Source of the DNA: a virus
DNA length: 64,000 nucleotides
Direction: 5' to 3' (one strand)
IMG/VR virus record: IMGVR_UViG_3300042898_004347
Span: 64,001-128,000 of that record
This document shows positions 5,907 to 15,095 of the stretch, in pieces (the first letter of the stretch is position 1; every line of letters starts with the position of its first letter). The translations under genes and the position numbers were made by a program. The notes beneath the pieces were generated by a model. The model was not told where the DNA came from. It ran no database searches and saw only the letters and a program-made list of their open reading frames with translations.

Positions 5907-6224
5907 GAAATTGAATCCCACCATGCACCTAGAAGCATTGCTGCTTTCACGGATGAACCCGACATTCAGTGCAGGTAGGAAAATTGGAAAGGTAACGATA
6001 GCTCAGTGTTCTGGCTGCATATCGGTGCAGACGGCATTTCGTTTTTATCTAACACTTAGACCTTAAAAGAGCCCGGCAATTTATTTAAAGACGTCCGGGG
6101 CTCGTCTATTTTTATTTGAAAAAAGAACTAATTTTACCCCTCTCAGCTTGTGCTGGTTTGGATACCCGTTATCGGACGTTTGGACTCCTTAAAGCCGGAG
6201 TCTGGCAGTGAAACTGAAAGTGAT

Positions 6225-6257
6225 AAAAAAACCTCTGAGCTTTATGGCCCAGAGGTT
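6225..6257 (-). terminator. Attenuator terminator upstream of the tRNA array
   Basis: AACCTCTGGGC-cataaa-GCTCAGAGGTT followed by a U tract. Confidence 0.85.
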
Positions 6258-6290
6258 AAAGATAATTTCGATTTTAGATCGACCTTATTT

Positions 6291-6383
6291 TTAACCCCTG
6301 TAACCTGTTCCGCGTACGGACCAGAACAAGCCACAGCTATGTGGATTTTGTTCTGTATCTGATTTAATCTGTACCGTAAGCAT
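6291..6383 (-). CDS. Putative attenuator leader peptide MLTVQIKSDTEQNPHSCGLFWSVRGTGYRG
   Basis: Hand translation, 30 codons; its 3' end CAGGGGTTAAA is complementary to the 5' arm of the terminator. Confidence 0.75.
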   Translation of the reverse strand: MLTVQIKSDTEQNPHSCGLFWSVRGTGYRG

Positions 6384-6401
6384 TTGAAGTGTTTGTTGAT
6401 T

Positions 6402-6443
6402 TATTTATAGGACTATCATACTTAGTTTTGGTACAAAGTAAAC
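6402..6443 (-). promoter_or_regulatory. Tandem early (GTTTAC-N17-TATGAT) and late (TATAAATA) promoters of the leader/tRNA operon
   Basis: GTTTAC 6443-6438, TATGAT 6420-6415, TATAAATA 6409-6402. Confidence 0.75.
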
Positions 6444-6455
6444 AACAAAGCGCAA

Positions 6456-7169
6456 TTAGTGCATAAAAAGATATGGTTTCCATTCCTCGCGGATACCCAT
6501 ATCCTCGGGGATTTGAACGCCGATCTGGACACGGTTCTTTGGAACCACTTCCTTACCATTAATGTCAAAATACGGGAAAATGTTGTCCTTGGCAGCATTA
6601 CAGTCGCGGCAGGCAAGAACAAGGTTGAACCCGTCATTGGTACCACCCTTTGACTTGGGATGCACGTGATCCTTGGTGGCAACGCAGAAAGGTATCTTTT
6701 TGAGGCAGTACTGACAGGTGCCCTTATAGATGCTGTAAAGACTCCGAAGTGAGGTTTGCTGACCACGACGAACAGTATGTCCGAAGTGAGTAGTGCAGAC
6801 AACGATGGTCGGAATTGCCCATTGCTTTTCTTCGCCACTGATACGGTCCGGAGCGGAACGCAGACATGGCTGGTTGTCAAAGAGTTCTATGGTGTTCTTC
6901 GACCACGAATAACCGTCATTGTCCTCACGACCGTCCCATGGAATTGTGTTACCACTCGCGTCGATACCGTGAGCCCTACCATTCATCATGTGACGCATGC
7001 ACGCACGGGCCGTGAAGAAGGCATAGGCTTGGTAGGAACCGTCGAGCACCAGTGTGGTACGCGCAGAAGCATCAACAGGAGTCAATACATTAACCTGTAA
7101 TTGATTTAACAACTGAAGTGAAGCCTTTTCGTGGTACGTTGTATTTGCGAGCATTAGAGTAAGATTCAC
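6456..7169 (-). CDS. HNH endonuclease (McrA/HNH_5-like); start uncertain
   Basis: CQYC...TKDHVHPKSKGG...NLVLACRDCN. Confidence 0.88.
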   Translation of the reverse strand: MNLTLMLANTTYHEKASLQLLNQLQVNVLTPVDASARTTLVLDGSYQAYAFFTARACMRHMMNGRAHGIDASGNTIPWDGREDNDGYSWSKNTIELFDNQPCLRSAPDRISGEEKQWAIPTIVVCTTHFGHTVRRGQQTSLRSLYSIYKGTCQYCLKKIPFCVATKDHVHPKSKGGTNDGFNLVLACRDCNAAKDNIFPYFDINGKEVVPKNRVQIGVQIPEDMGIREEWKPYLFMH

Positions 7170-7314
7170 CGTTGAGCACTTGGCAGTGACCAGCGGTTTT
7201 GTGGTCCCAGATCATGATACCAAAGCGGTTGACCTTGGTCTCACGTGGGACAAAGTTGGGGTCGGGTAGAATACCAGACCGAATAAGACTTTGAATGATT
7301 TTATCGTTGGACAT
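7090..7314 (-). CDS. Hypothetical protein
   Basis: Tightly packed ORF starting MSND. Confidence 0.5.
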   Translation of the reverse strand: MSNDKIIQSLIRSGILPDPNFVPRETKVNRFGIMIWDHKTAGHCQVLNGESYSNARKYNVPRKGFTSVVKSITG

Positions 7315-7316
7315 TT

Positions 7317-7511
7317 TTAGAAAGTAGACATACAAACACCCCAAGCTGGTGCGTTTTCATCTTTTTTAAAACCTGGGTAACCTGGATAAACAGGATGGAT
7401 ACGCACAACTGTATCATAGTTAGCATACTCAGGATTGTAGGCTACTGCTTCGACGTCTCCATGTTTGTCCTTGACAGCATTGAGTTCGTTAATTAATTCG
7501 GAGATTCTCAT
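7317..7511 (-). CDS. Hypothetical protein
   Basis: MRISELINEL..KHGD N-terminus, common in small phage ORFs. Confidence 0.65.
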   Translation of the reverse strand: MRISELINELNAVKDKHGDVEAVAYNPEYANYDTVVRIHPVYPGYPGFKKDENAPAWGVCMSTF

Positions 7512-7517
7512 AAAATT

Positions 7518-7757
7518 TTAAGAACCTTGAAAAGAAGTTTCTAAATGAAGGGCATCAAAGTAACCCTTGCGCCATGCATCCATAAGTTTCATTAATTTCT
7601 TAGGCTCTTTGCGATACTCTTTCACGAATGCGTGGAAGTGAATGTCGCATTGCGAAGCAGCCATGATTCCGTTTTGGTAAGCCTCTTCGCCAAGTTTGAC
7701 AACGAACTTTAGATCCTGAGCGTAATAGTATCGTTTCATTTGTTTTGCGGTATTCAT
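7518..7757 (-). CDS. Hypothetical early protein
   Basis: ORF directly downstream of an early promoter. Confidence 0.65.
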   Translation of the reverse strand: MNTAKQMKRYYYAQDLKFVVKLGEEAYQNGIMAASQCDIHFHAFVKEYRKEPKKLMKLMDAWRKGYFDALHLETSFQGS

Positions 7758-7823
7758 TATGATATAATCCTAAACTAAATTGGCTAAAAGTAAATTAATT
7801 AGATTGTCCTAAGTTGTTGATTA

Positions 7824-8069
7824 TCACTTGTTGTCCAGCTTGTTCATGGTCACCCACTTGGCGCGGTTGATCAGAAAGCGGACGCGAAGATCATTTTGAG
7901 GGTCACCCATAAGATGTTGAACATCAGAGAGAAGGGACATCACAATGTCCTGACCTGCAACGCGGTATTCATTAACAAATTCGTACCAACGGTTAATATC
8001 GGCGACGCCAAACTGTTCCATGTCGGTAACAGTTGATTCATACTTTTTAAAGGTTGGGTTGTTTAACAT
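7824..8069 (-). CDS. Hypothetical early protein
   Basis: ORF directly downstream of an early promoter. Confidence 0.65.
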   Translation of the reverse strand: MLNNPTFKKYESTVTDMEQFGVADINRWYEFVNEYRVAGQDIVMSLLSDVQHLMGDPQNDLRVRFLINRAKWVTMNKLDNK

Positions 8070-8177
8070 GCTACTATCCTACAACAAACCGCCAAAAAGT
8101 AAACAAATACGATTTACCTAAGCTGTTGATTACAAACAGCCGCTTAAAATAACCCCAGGTTATTGAATACCAATAAC

Positions 8178-8798
8178 TTACTCGATGCCTTTTGTGGCTT
8201 TTTTCTTCTTCTTTTGAAGAATCTTTCTCCGAGCGTTGAGTCGATTCACAACCTCATTACCAGTCATCCAAATATCTTTGTTATCAAGAATTGATTGAAT
8301 CTCATCGGGCTTCAAAAAGTCCGAATAAATTTCCTGGAGTAATCCTTCAGACCATTTGCGTTCATGCTTGATCTGGTCGATCATCTCTCCGCCTTTACCC
8401 ATTGTGCCACCCGAATAATTGTGGAACATAAACATTGAATGAGCAGAGATTTCAAAGCTATCTGACATTAAAAAGACGATAGTTGCTGCAGACATACAGG
8501 CGCCCTCAACGGAGGCCATGACTGGAGCTTTGCATTCACGGATCACCCGCATGAACTGAATTGCTGACCATAGATCGCCACCCGAAGAATTGATGTAGAT
8601 TTTCACGAGATCATTTGGAGGACAATGACGAATCTGATTAAACCACTCGGTGTATTTCGAAGCTTCTTCAATTTGTCCCACGAGATAATACTCATGGATA
8701 TGCCCGAGGGGTTTATCTGTAAAGGCACATGTGGGTTTTTTTTCCTGATTTAGCATATCGAATAGGGGATGATCTAATTTTTTAACATCAGTCTTCAT
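8178..8798 (-). CDS. ClpP-like protease
   Basis: IYINSSGG, GACMSAAT (Ser), FMFHN (His), DIWMT (Asp). Confidence 0.88.
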   Translation of the reverse strand: MKTDVKKLDHPLFDMLNQEKKPTCAFTDKPLGHIHEYYLVGQIEEASKYTEWFNQIRHCPPNDLVKIYINSSGGDLWSAIQFMRVIRECKAPVMASVEGACMSAATIVFLMSDSFEISAHSMFMFHNYSGGTMGKGGEMIDQIKHERKWSEGLLQEIYSDFLKPDEIQSILDNKDIWMTGNEVVNRLNARRKILQKKKKKATKGIE

Positions 8799-8810
8799 TG
8801 GTAGTATGTA

Positions 8811-9488
8811 TCAGTTTCCGAAGATTTTTCTGCGCTTATATTCCTGGATGGTTTCTAGGAGTGGTTTGACCCAATTATCACGGTGTTCTTTAAACACTTT
8901 GGGTTCATTGTCATCGATTCCCATAATTGTCACGATGTTTGTAATTGGAAGTTTTGTGCGTTCCTCAAACATAATCGCATAGGCAGTTTCCTGCATGAAG
9001 TATGTATGAATATCTTCCTTCTCTTTGACTCGTCGAGATGTTTTGATGTCAATAATTGACCGGACACCGTCAAAGTCAGCAACAAGATCCACACGACCTG
9101 CAAGGCCCAGATGATCTGAATACAAAGGTTTTTCCTGCAGAATAATGTTATTGACTCTGGATTCCAGAATCGGACGAATCGTACTAAACATCTGCCAGAT
9201 ATGAGGGAGGAAGTTTTTAGATTCAAGGACTTCGTTATTTAGAAATCTCTCAGCAACCTTATGAATCTCTTCCCCACGGGCACACGCCCGCCGGGAGATA
9301 CGATTCGCCTCTTCTTCACCCACCTTCTGACGCCATTCACGAATACTATTCTCGCTTAGAATCCCAAGAACCGTGGTAATCGATGGATACTTAGGTCCCC
9401 TCGGAGTAGCATACGTGCGTCCACTTTCAAGGGTTTCGCACACGAGATCATTGTATCCTAGATCTATGGGATTATGAATAAATGTCAT
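8811..9488 (-). CDS. PD-(D/E)XK exonuclease (phoH-linked, T4-like)
   Basis: YPSITTVL, RGEEIH, AGRVD, IIDIKTS, YFMQ..AY. Confidence 0.9.
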   Translation of the reverse strand: MTFIHNPIDLGYNDLVCETLESGRTYATPRGPKYPSITTVLGILSENSIREWRQKVGEEEANRISRRACARGEEIHKVAERFLNNEVLESKNFLPHIWQMFSTIRPILESRVNNIILQEKPLYSDHLGLAGRVDLVADFDGVRSIIDIKTSRRVKEKEDIHTYFMQETAYAIMFEERTKLPITNIVTIMGIDDNEPKVFKEHRDNWVKPLLETIQEYKRRKIFGN

Positions 9489-9661
9489 TCGTCTAGGTCT
9501 TCAAAGTCTTCAAGAATATCTCCAGCATCAATTGGTCCATTGACCCGATAGTATTGTTCATCCTCATTGTTATTTTTTGATGGATGAACATTTTTCTTTC
9601 GCTGATGCTTTTGAGCTTCACGATCAAATCGATTTTGTTTTTCTTCTCGGTTCCTATTCAT
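9485..9661 (-). CDS. Hypothetical protein (58 aa)
   Basis: Hand translation MNRNREEK...; fills the phoH-exonuclease gap with overlapping start/stop. Confidence 0.55.
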   Translation of the reverse strand: MNRNREEKQNRFDREAQKHQRKKNVHPSKNNNEDEQYYRVNGPIDAGDILEDFEDLDE

Positions 9662-10377
9662 TATTCGTTCTTTTTTAAGAATTCTTTTGTCATAATATAA
9701 TCTCGCACAATACCCGATCGAACAATATCCTGCCAGGTAAATTCAACAGAATAGAAATATTTCATCTGAGAGATGATCTTCATGAAGTCAATGATACCGC
9801 TTTTATCCTTGGATTTCTCCAGGTCTGATTGGTAGTAATCACCACACATGATGAACCGGCAATCCTCACCGAGACGGGTAATGATTGAATCTAATTCGTG
9901 AAAAGTAAGATTCTGCATTTCATCCACAATTACGATGGATTTACGAAGAGTAATACCACGGATAAATGAAGTAGCAAGGAATTCAACTGTGCCTTTGGCC
10001 ACAAGTTTATTCCATGCCATCTTATCTCCAAAGAGTTCTGATAGAATCGAAATGTACGGAGACAGATATGTTGCTTCCTTTTCCGCACGGTCGCCCGGGA
10101 GGAATCCAATATCACGTGTAGGAACGATGGAACGTACAATAATGATTTTTTCATATGGAGATTCCCCCTTCATGACTTCTTCAAGGGCAAGGTATAGCGC
10201 CATAAACGTTTTACCAGTACCAGCTGCACCAGAAAGGCAGAGATGATTTTTTTTCTTATAGGCAGCAAACACTTTCTTTTGAGTTAGCGTGAGAGGTTCA
10301 ATTTGCTTTAGATTCTCGTAGCGAACCGAAGGAATTGACGCAATAATTTGTTTTTGTTTAGATTTTTGTTTAGCCAT
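9661..10377 (-). CDS. phoH: PhoH-like ATPase
   Basis: GAAGTGKT, IGFLPG, RGIT, DEMQN, GDYYQSDL. Confidence 0.95.
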   Translation of the reverse strand: MAKQKSKQKQIIASIPSVRYENLKQIEPLTLTQKKVFAAYKKKNHLCLSGAAGTGKTFMALYLALEEVMKGESPYEKIIIVRSIVPTRDIGFLPGDRAEKEATYLSPYISILSELFGDKMAWNKLVAKGTVEFLATSFIRGITLRKSIVIVDEMQNLTFHELDSIITRLGEDCRFIMCGDYYQSDLEKSKDKSGIIDFMKIISQMKYFYSVEFTWQDIVRSGIVRDYIMTKEFLKKNE

Positions 10378-10381
10378 GAGA

Positions 10382-10642
10382 TTATTTTGTCCGAATTGTG
10401 TTGCCTCTTCCTGAGCCTCCCTTTATTTTCTGCTGGACTTCTTTCCAACCGTCACCCCCACGCGAGTACATGGATTTAAAGCCAGAATAGCTCAGTTGCA
10501 CTGCAGTGACTCCACGTAGGACTGCTCCAACCTTATGGCAGGATGGGCATTCATCGATCGTAGGTTTATCTCGATCAGCCATGGGCACCAATTGAGTGAA
10601 CTCGTGGTGGCATTCTTTACAATGATAGTCGTAGTTTGGCAT
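10382..10642 (-). CDS. FmdB-family zinc-ribbon protein
   Basis: MPNYDYHCKEC...CPSC. Confidence 0.85.
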   Translation of the reverse strand: MPNYDYHCKECHHEFTQLVPMADRDKPTIDECPSCHKVGAVLRGVTAVQLSYSGFKSMYSRGGDGWKEVQQKIKGGSGRGNTIRTK

Positions 10643-10643
10643 T

Positions 10644-11219
10644 TTATTTTGTAACGAACCAAGAAGGCGTGTTTCGTTTGGTCCAGACCATTTTGAATCT
10701 GCCTTGTTTTGTTTGATAGAATTCTTGATACGACCGCACAGGATCATCTGGATACATGCATTCCGGAGTTGATTTCATTGCAAGTTTGAACTGAGTCATT
10801 GGTACATCCGGAATGTTTTCTGGCGGATCTATGAGATCTTCTAGCAATAATGTTTCACTACTATGGATCTTACCATAACGGTAGGTGTATTCGTTGCAGA
10901 GCGCCTCAAAGTGCTGATGATGCCATTCATAGTTCTCAACGCTTTCCATGGTCCATACAGTACATGGATGATTCATATGAACCGCTTTGTAGAATTTGTC
11001 GTCTTTTTCGGGATTCGGAAGTAGCCATTCCTTACCTTTGCGCCAACGTGCAGGAAGAGAACCCGCAACATATTTCTTTGTTTCGCGCATCGTACCATCG
11101 AGTAGGCGATGCGCAGTCGAAAGCATCTGAGCTGATTCGACGATCATTTTGACCACGTGCTTATCGCATTGCAATTGCGCAGCAATCACGGGGTTTTTAT
11201 CCAGGACAAATATGTTCAT
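10644..11219 (-). CDS. Pyrimidine-dimer glycosylase-like conserved phage protein
   Basis: MNIFVLD..P..AA..QCDKHVVKMIVESAQMLSTAH, NHPC. Confidence 0.75.
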   Translation of the reverse strand: MNIFVLDKNPVIAAQLQCDKHVVKMIVESAQMLSTAHRLLDGTMRETKKYVAGSLPARWRKGKEWLLPNPEKDDKFYKAVHMNHPCTVWTMESVENYEWHHQHFEALCNEYTYRYGKIHSSETLLLEDLIDPPENIPDVPMTQFKLAMKSTPECMYPDDPVRSYQEFYQTKQGRFKMVWTKRNTPSWFVTK

Positions 11220-11503
11220 AATCTAATGGTGTATATCCTACACCTACTTCAACGAAATGTAAATCTTTTTATTATGCCACCTGAAGTTCGGGTTCTTCAA
11301 CCTGAAGAGATTCAATCACTCCTTGCAGAAATTTCTGTTTTCTCTGCATTCCCGTAATTGATGTAATATTGCCTTCTTTCTGGAGACGCTGGATGTAATA
11401 ATCCAGCTCTTGATAATCTTGTTTAAGTCGGTCCAGCTGTGAGATGATCATTTTTTTCTATAATTAATATAGAAGATACCGTGTTGGTTCTTTCAGGAAA
11501 TTG

Positions 11504-11938
11504 TTATTTAAGAATAAGGCCGGGCCAGGTCTGCTTTACTAAATCTCGAGTAATTCCCGGATAAAGAGTTTCTAGTTTCTTATCCTTCATTGCAAGGATC
11601 ATGTCAGCATCTTTAGGATGAATAGTCTCTAGGATCTGTAGAAACATGTTTTCTCTCTTTGCCGGTTTCATTGCATCGCCCTGGCCACCTTTTACAAAAT
11701 AGTGGAATATTTTAATCTTTAATCTAAGAGAGGAAGAAGAATGCCCGGATTTGGAAAGTCTTCCGTCATATGTGGGTTTTCCTAATGGTAGATTCCATTG
11801 AATGCAATCGTCAAAAGATCCTCGAAGGACATCGCGCAATTCAAGTGAATCGTGCTGTTTCAGGAAAGCAGTTTTCGACTCTGCACTTTCCATTGCTGAA
11901 ACCTTCTGCAGTATTTCGTGTACGAGTAATGAGATCAT
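11504..11938 (-). CDS. Conserved T4-like hypothetical protein (rnh-linked)
   Basis: KRENMFLQILETIHPKDA motif; synteny. Confidence 0.75.
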   Translation of the reverse strand: MISLLVHEILQKVSAMESAESKTAFLKQHDSLELRDVLRGSFDDCIQWNLPLGKPTYDGRLSKSGHSSSSLRLKIKIFHYFVKGGQGDAMKPAKRENMFLQILETIHPKDADMILAMKDKKLETLYPGITRDLVKQTWPGLILK

Positions 11939-12783
11939 TGTGAATTAAATTCTTCAGCGCATTCAATCAATTGTGTGCAGCGTTTAGAGATCAGATAATT
12001 AAGGATATTTGAATTCGGTTTGGCCGAATCAAATGTATTTATAATAGAGTCCTTCTTGTCCTGGGGAACTTTGCTCAGATCAATAAGAGCGGTATTGCGC
12101 TGGAAATTGCGGTATGTTTCTTGATTCATTACCGTATCCAGGGAAGAACGTGAGGCATACCATGCATCAACTTTTTTAGCAGAAACTGGCTTTTGGCGAA
12201 TCTTATCCACGAACGTATTGTCTGGAGAAAGAATGTTTGGAATACCGTCTCCACTATCTCCACGAACCGTATGGTCAAACAGATATTTGACTGGATCCTT
12301 CTCCTTGATGAAAGACTTAATCATAGGTGAGAACTGTTTTACATTGGAATACTGTTGAAGCTGGATGAAATCTTTATCCGAAGAAATGATCATCACTGGC
12401 TCGTGTTGACCAAAGTTCTGTGTCTTTTCTGTAAGAGTTCCAATGATGTCATCAGCCTCAATGTTGTTAATGTGAACAACCTTGTATGGAAAATTCTCTG
12501 CAATTTCATTGCGCACCAGAGTTAGAATGCGAAAGAATTCAGTCCAATCAAGACCGCTATCGTCTCGGTTTGCCTTTCGGTGAGCCTTGTACTGAGGATA
12601 GATCTGCTTGCGCCACGAACCTCCGTCACAGGCAATAACCATCTGACCGTATTCCTTACGATGCTTGAGGTTATACATCCTCAAGGAGTTTAGAATCATG
12701 TGGCGTATCAAATGCTCTGAAACATCCATCTTCTGTGTGAAGATGTTGGAAATTGCAATACCCGAATAGTCGACTAAGATCAT
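11935..12783 (-). CDS. rnh: RNase H / 5'-3' exonuclease
   Basis: EADDII, SSDKDFIQL, GDSGDGIPN. Confidence 0.93.
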   Translation of the reverse strand: MILVDYSGIAISNIFTQKMDVSEHLIRHMILNSLRMYNLKHRKEYGQMVIACDGGSWRKQIYPQYKAHRKANRDDSGLDWTEFFRILTLVRNEIAENFPYKVVHINNIEADDIIGTLTEKTQNFGQHEPVMIISSDKDFIQLQQYSNVKQFSPMIKSFIKEKDPVKYLFDHTVRGDSGDGIPNILSPDNTFVDKIRQKPVSAKKVDAWYASRSSLDTVMNQETYRNFQRNTALIDLSKVPQDKKDSIINTFDSAKPNSNILNYLISKRCTQLIECAEEFNSQ

Positions 12784-12819
12784 GTACCAATCATACTACG
12801 CTAACGTCAGATGTAAACA

Positions 12820-13239
12820 CTAAAGTAACGTTTTGCGGTATTTTGTCAACTGGTTTCTCGTGACTCTTACCCGAATCTGGTCGTTATAATACTCATCGGA
12901 AAGAATAGCTTTTCTTTCTACCTGTTCCTTCATCTCTAGGTAAGAACATTCGCTCTTACTGGTGCATAGGTGCAGAATAACCCTACGAAAATTTATTTTA
13001 CCGATTTCAGCGATATCCTTTTGAAGTGCATTGCTGGAACCATAATAGGTCTTCCAGTCCGACTCAACAAGGATGCGCTTCTTTTTCTTCTTGACCGTTT
13101 TAAAGCCCTTGAAGAAAAAGAGTTTCTTTCCGACGTACTTACGACCATTTACTAGGTTCTCTATTAAATAGACGAACCCGTAAATTTTCTTTGGGTCTAA
13201 TTCAATTGGTTCAAACGGAGAGTCATGATGAAGCCACAT
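12820..13239 (-). CDS. GIY-YIG family protein
   Basis: GFVY...KYVGKK...YYGSS...E...YYN. Confidence 0.85.
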   Translation of the reverse strand: MWLHHDSPFEPIELDPKKIYGFVYLIENLVNGRKYVGKKLFFFKGFKTVKKKKKRILVESDWKTYYGSSNALQKDIAEIGKINFRRVILHLCTSKSECSYLEMKEQVERKAILSDEYYNDQIRVRVTRNQLTKYRKTLL

Positions 13240-13252
13240 AATGGCTTATTTA

Positions 13253-13435
13253 TCACTCCTCGTCGATGTCGCCTTCTTCGCTGCAATGGTTGCCGCATAT
13301 TGGGCAATACTCGGGATAACTTTCCACCGAGGTATTATCCTCGTTCTCATCCACATCAGGATCAACAATATCCTCCGTGAATGAAATGGTAGAAATGCAA
13401 CCGCAACAATAGCAATTAATTTGTACTTTAGGCAT
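13253..13435 (-). CDS. Small acidic zinc-ribbon protein
   Basis: CYCC...CPIC. Confidence 0.6.
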   Translation of the reverse strand: MPKVQINCYCCGCISTISFTEDIVDPDVDENEDNTSVESYPEYCPICGNHCSEEGDIDEE

Positions 13436-15093
13436 TAGGCTTCGCATGACGCGCAGTTAAGTAGGTTACGTCCCAGCTCTTGGGCCGGATGCGTTCCACG
13501 TTGGTAATAGAGGGTTTTGATGTTATTTTCCCAGGCAAAAATCATGAGTTGATTTACTTCTTTCGGAGAGGTCTTTGGATGAACCATAAGATTCAGTGAT
13601 TGACCTTGGTCAATGTACTTCTGACGAGCAGAAGCCTGAATGATGATTTCTTTCTGAGAAATTTCTCCGAAGGTCTTAAAGACTTCTTTCTCTTCAGGAG
13701 TCATAAACTTCAGATGAAGAACGGAACCGCCATGAGTAAGAATTGACTTCCACGTATCCTCGTCGTTCTTATCATGCTTCTTAAGTACGTCTTTGAGATA
13801 GGGATTTTTATAGGCAAATGAACCCTTTGCCAGCTTCTTCATGAAGTAATTTGAATTCAACGGTTCAATCGAAGGTGATACCTGACCCAGAATAAAGCTC
13901 GACGACGTTGTTGGTGCCACAGCAAGAGTTGTGACATTACGACGACCCGTGCCCTTTAGAAGTTCCGGCTCACCAAACTTCTCTGCCAGTTCCATTGTTG
14001 CTTTATCTGCGCGTTCACGAATGACGCGCCAAATGCCAGTATTCAGCAACTTAGCCTCCATTGATTCAAAGCCAATCATCTTGGATTGAAGTAATGAATG
14101 CCAACCAAGAACGCCGAGACCCAATGCACGTTGATTCTTTGCAAAACGATGTGGAGCCTCCATGAACTTCATGCCAACAGTCTTGTCCACAAACTCCTGA
14201 TTTACGGAATCAAGGAAGTAGATCATCGTCTCGACGGCATCCGTTTCCTTTATTTCTTCCCAATGAAGAAGATTCAGAGATGAAAGGACACATACAAATG
14301 ATTCTTCGTCATTTGATGAAAGACAGATTTCAGAGCAAAGATTGGATGAATTGATCTTACGTTTCTTTTCTTTGTAGATTGCAGGAGCACTCTTATTCAC
14401 GGTGTCTGTAAAGAAGATGTAAGGATAACCAGTCTCAAAGCGTTTCTTAATCACCTTTGTCCACGTCTCGCGCTTCTCTTTATCACCTTCAATCATTGAC
14501 TTCATCCATTTGTCCGTAATTGTAACACCAATCGACATGTTCTGAATGGCATGGCCGTCTGAACGGATCTGAAGAAATTCTTCAACATCTGGATGTTCAA
14601 CTGGAAGATACGCAGCAAAAGAACCACGACGAGCAGAACCCTGTGAGATGACTTCTGCAATGGTGTCAAACAGTTCCATGAAATGCACTGGACCCGAAGA
14701 TTCGCCTCCCACGGAGATGGGCGTGCCACGTGCACGGAGGTCACCGAAATAGCCCGAAGTACCGCCACCATGTTTTGACATGATGCCAACCTCAGCCGCC
14801 TTATTCAAAATATCTTCCATCTTGTCGGAAATATGAGAATTAAAGCACGACACTGGAAGACCGCGGTCATTACCGTAGTTAGTCCATACAGGAGTAGAAA
14901 GTGAATAGAATCCACGCGCCATATAATTCTCAAACTTATCCGCAAATCCCTTCATGCCTAAAAGCTTTTCAGCATGCTCCGCAATCTGGCCGATACGCTT
15001 CTCAGGAGTCATTCCTTCCTTCAGGTATCCTCTTTCAAGGAATTGACGCGAGTGCGTGTTTAGCCAATAGTATTTTTCTTGTTCGGAACTCAT
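13435..15093 (-). CDS. nrdA: Class I ribonucleotide reductase alpha subunit (no ATP cone)
   Basis: SNLCSEI, APTTSS, KTLYY, C-terminal CASC. Confidence 0.95.
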   Translation of the reverse strand: MSSEQEKYYWLNTHSRQFLERGYLKEGMTPEKRIGQIAEHAEKLLGMKGFADKFENYMARGFYSLSTPVWTNYGNDRGLPVSCFNSHISDKMEDILNKAAEVGIMSKHGGGTSGYFGDLRARGTPISVGGESSGPVHFMELFDTIAEVISQGSARRGSFAAYLPVEHPDVEEFLQIRSDGHAIQNMSIGVTITDKWMKSMIEGDKEKRETWTKVIKKRFETGYPYIFFTDTVNKSAPAIYKEKKRKINSSNLCSEICLSSNDEESFVCVLSSLNLLHWEEIKETDAVETMIYFLDSVNQEFVDKTVGMKFMEAPHRFAKNQRALGLGVLGWHSLLQSKMIGFESMEAKLLNTGIWRVIRERADKATMELAEKFGEPELLKGTGRRNVTTLAVAPTTSSSFILGQVSPSIEPLNSNYFMKKLAKGSFAYKNPYLKDVLKKHDKNDEDTWKSILTHGGSVLHLKFMTPEEKEVFKTFGEISQKEIIIQASARQKYIDQGQSLNLMVHPKTSPKEVNQLMIFAWENNIKTLYYQRGTHPAQELGRNLLNCASCEA

Positions 15094-15095
15094 AA

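Noticed and set aside
8811-9488. Cas4/CRISPR system
   Set aside because: It is the standard phoH-linked exonuclease without Fe-S cysteines; no repeat-spacer array was seen in the window.
12820-13239. Mobile Seg-like homing endonuclease
   Set aside because: It is a bare GIY-YIG domain without DNA-binding modules, in a conserved position near rnh; more likely a core gene.
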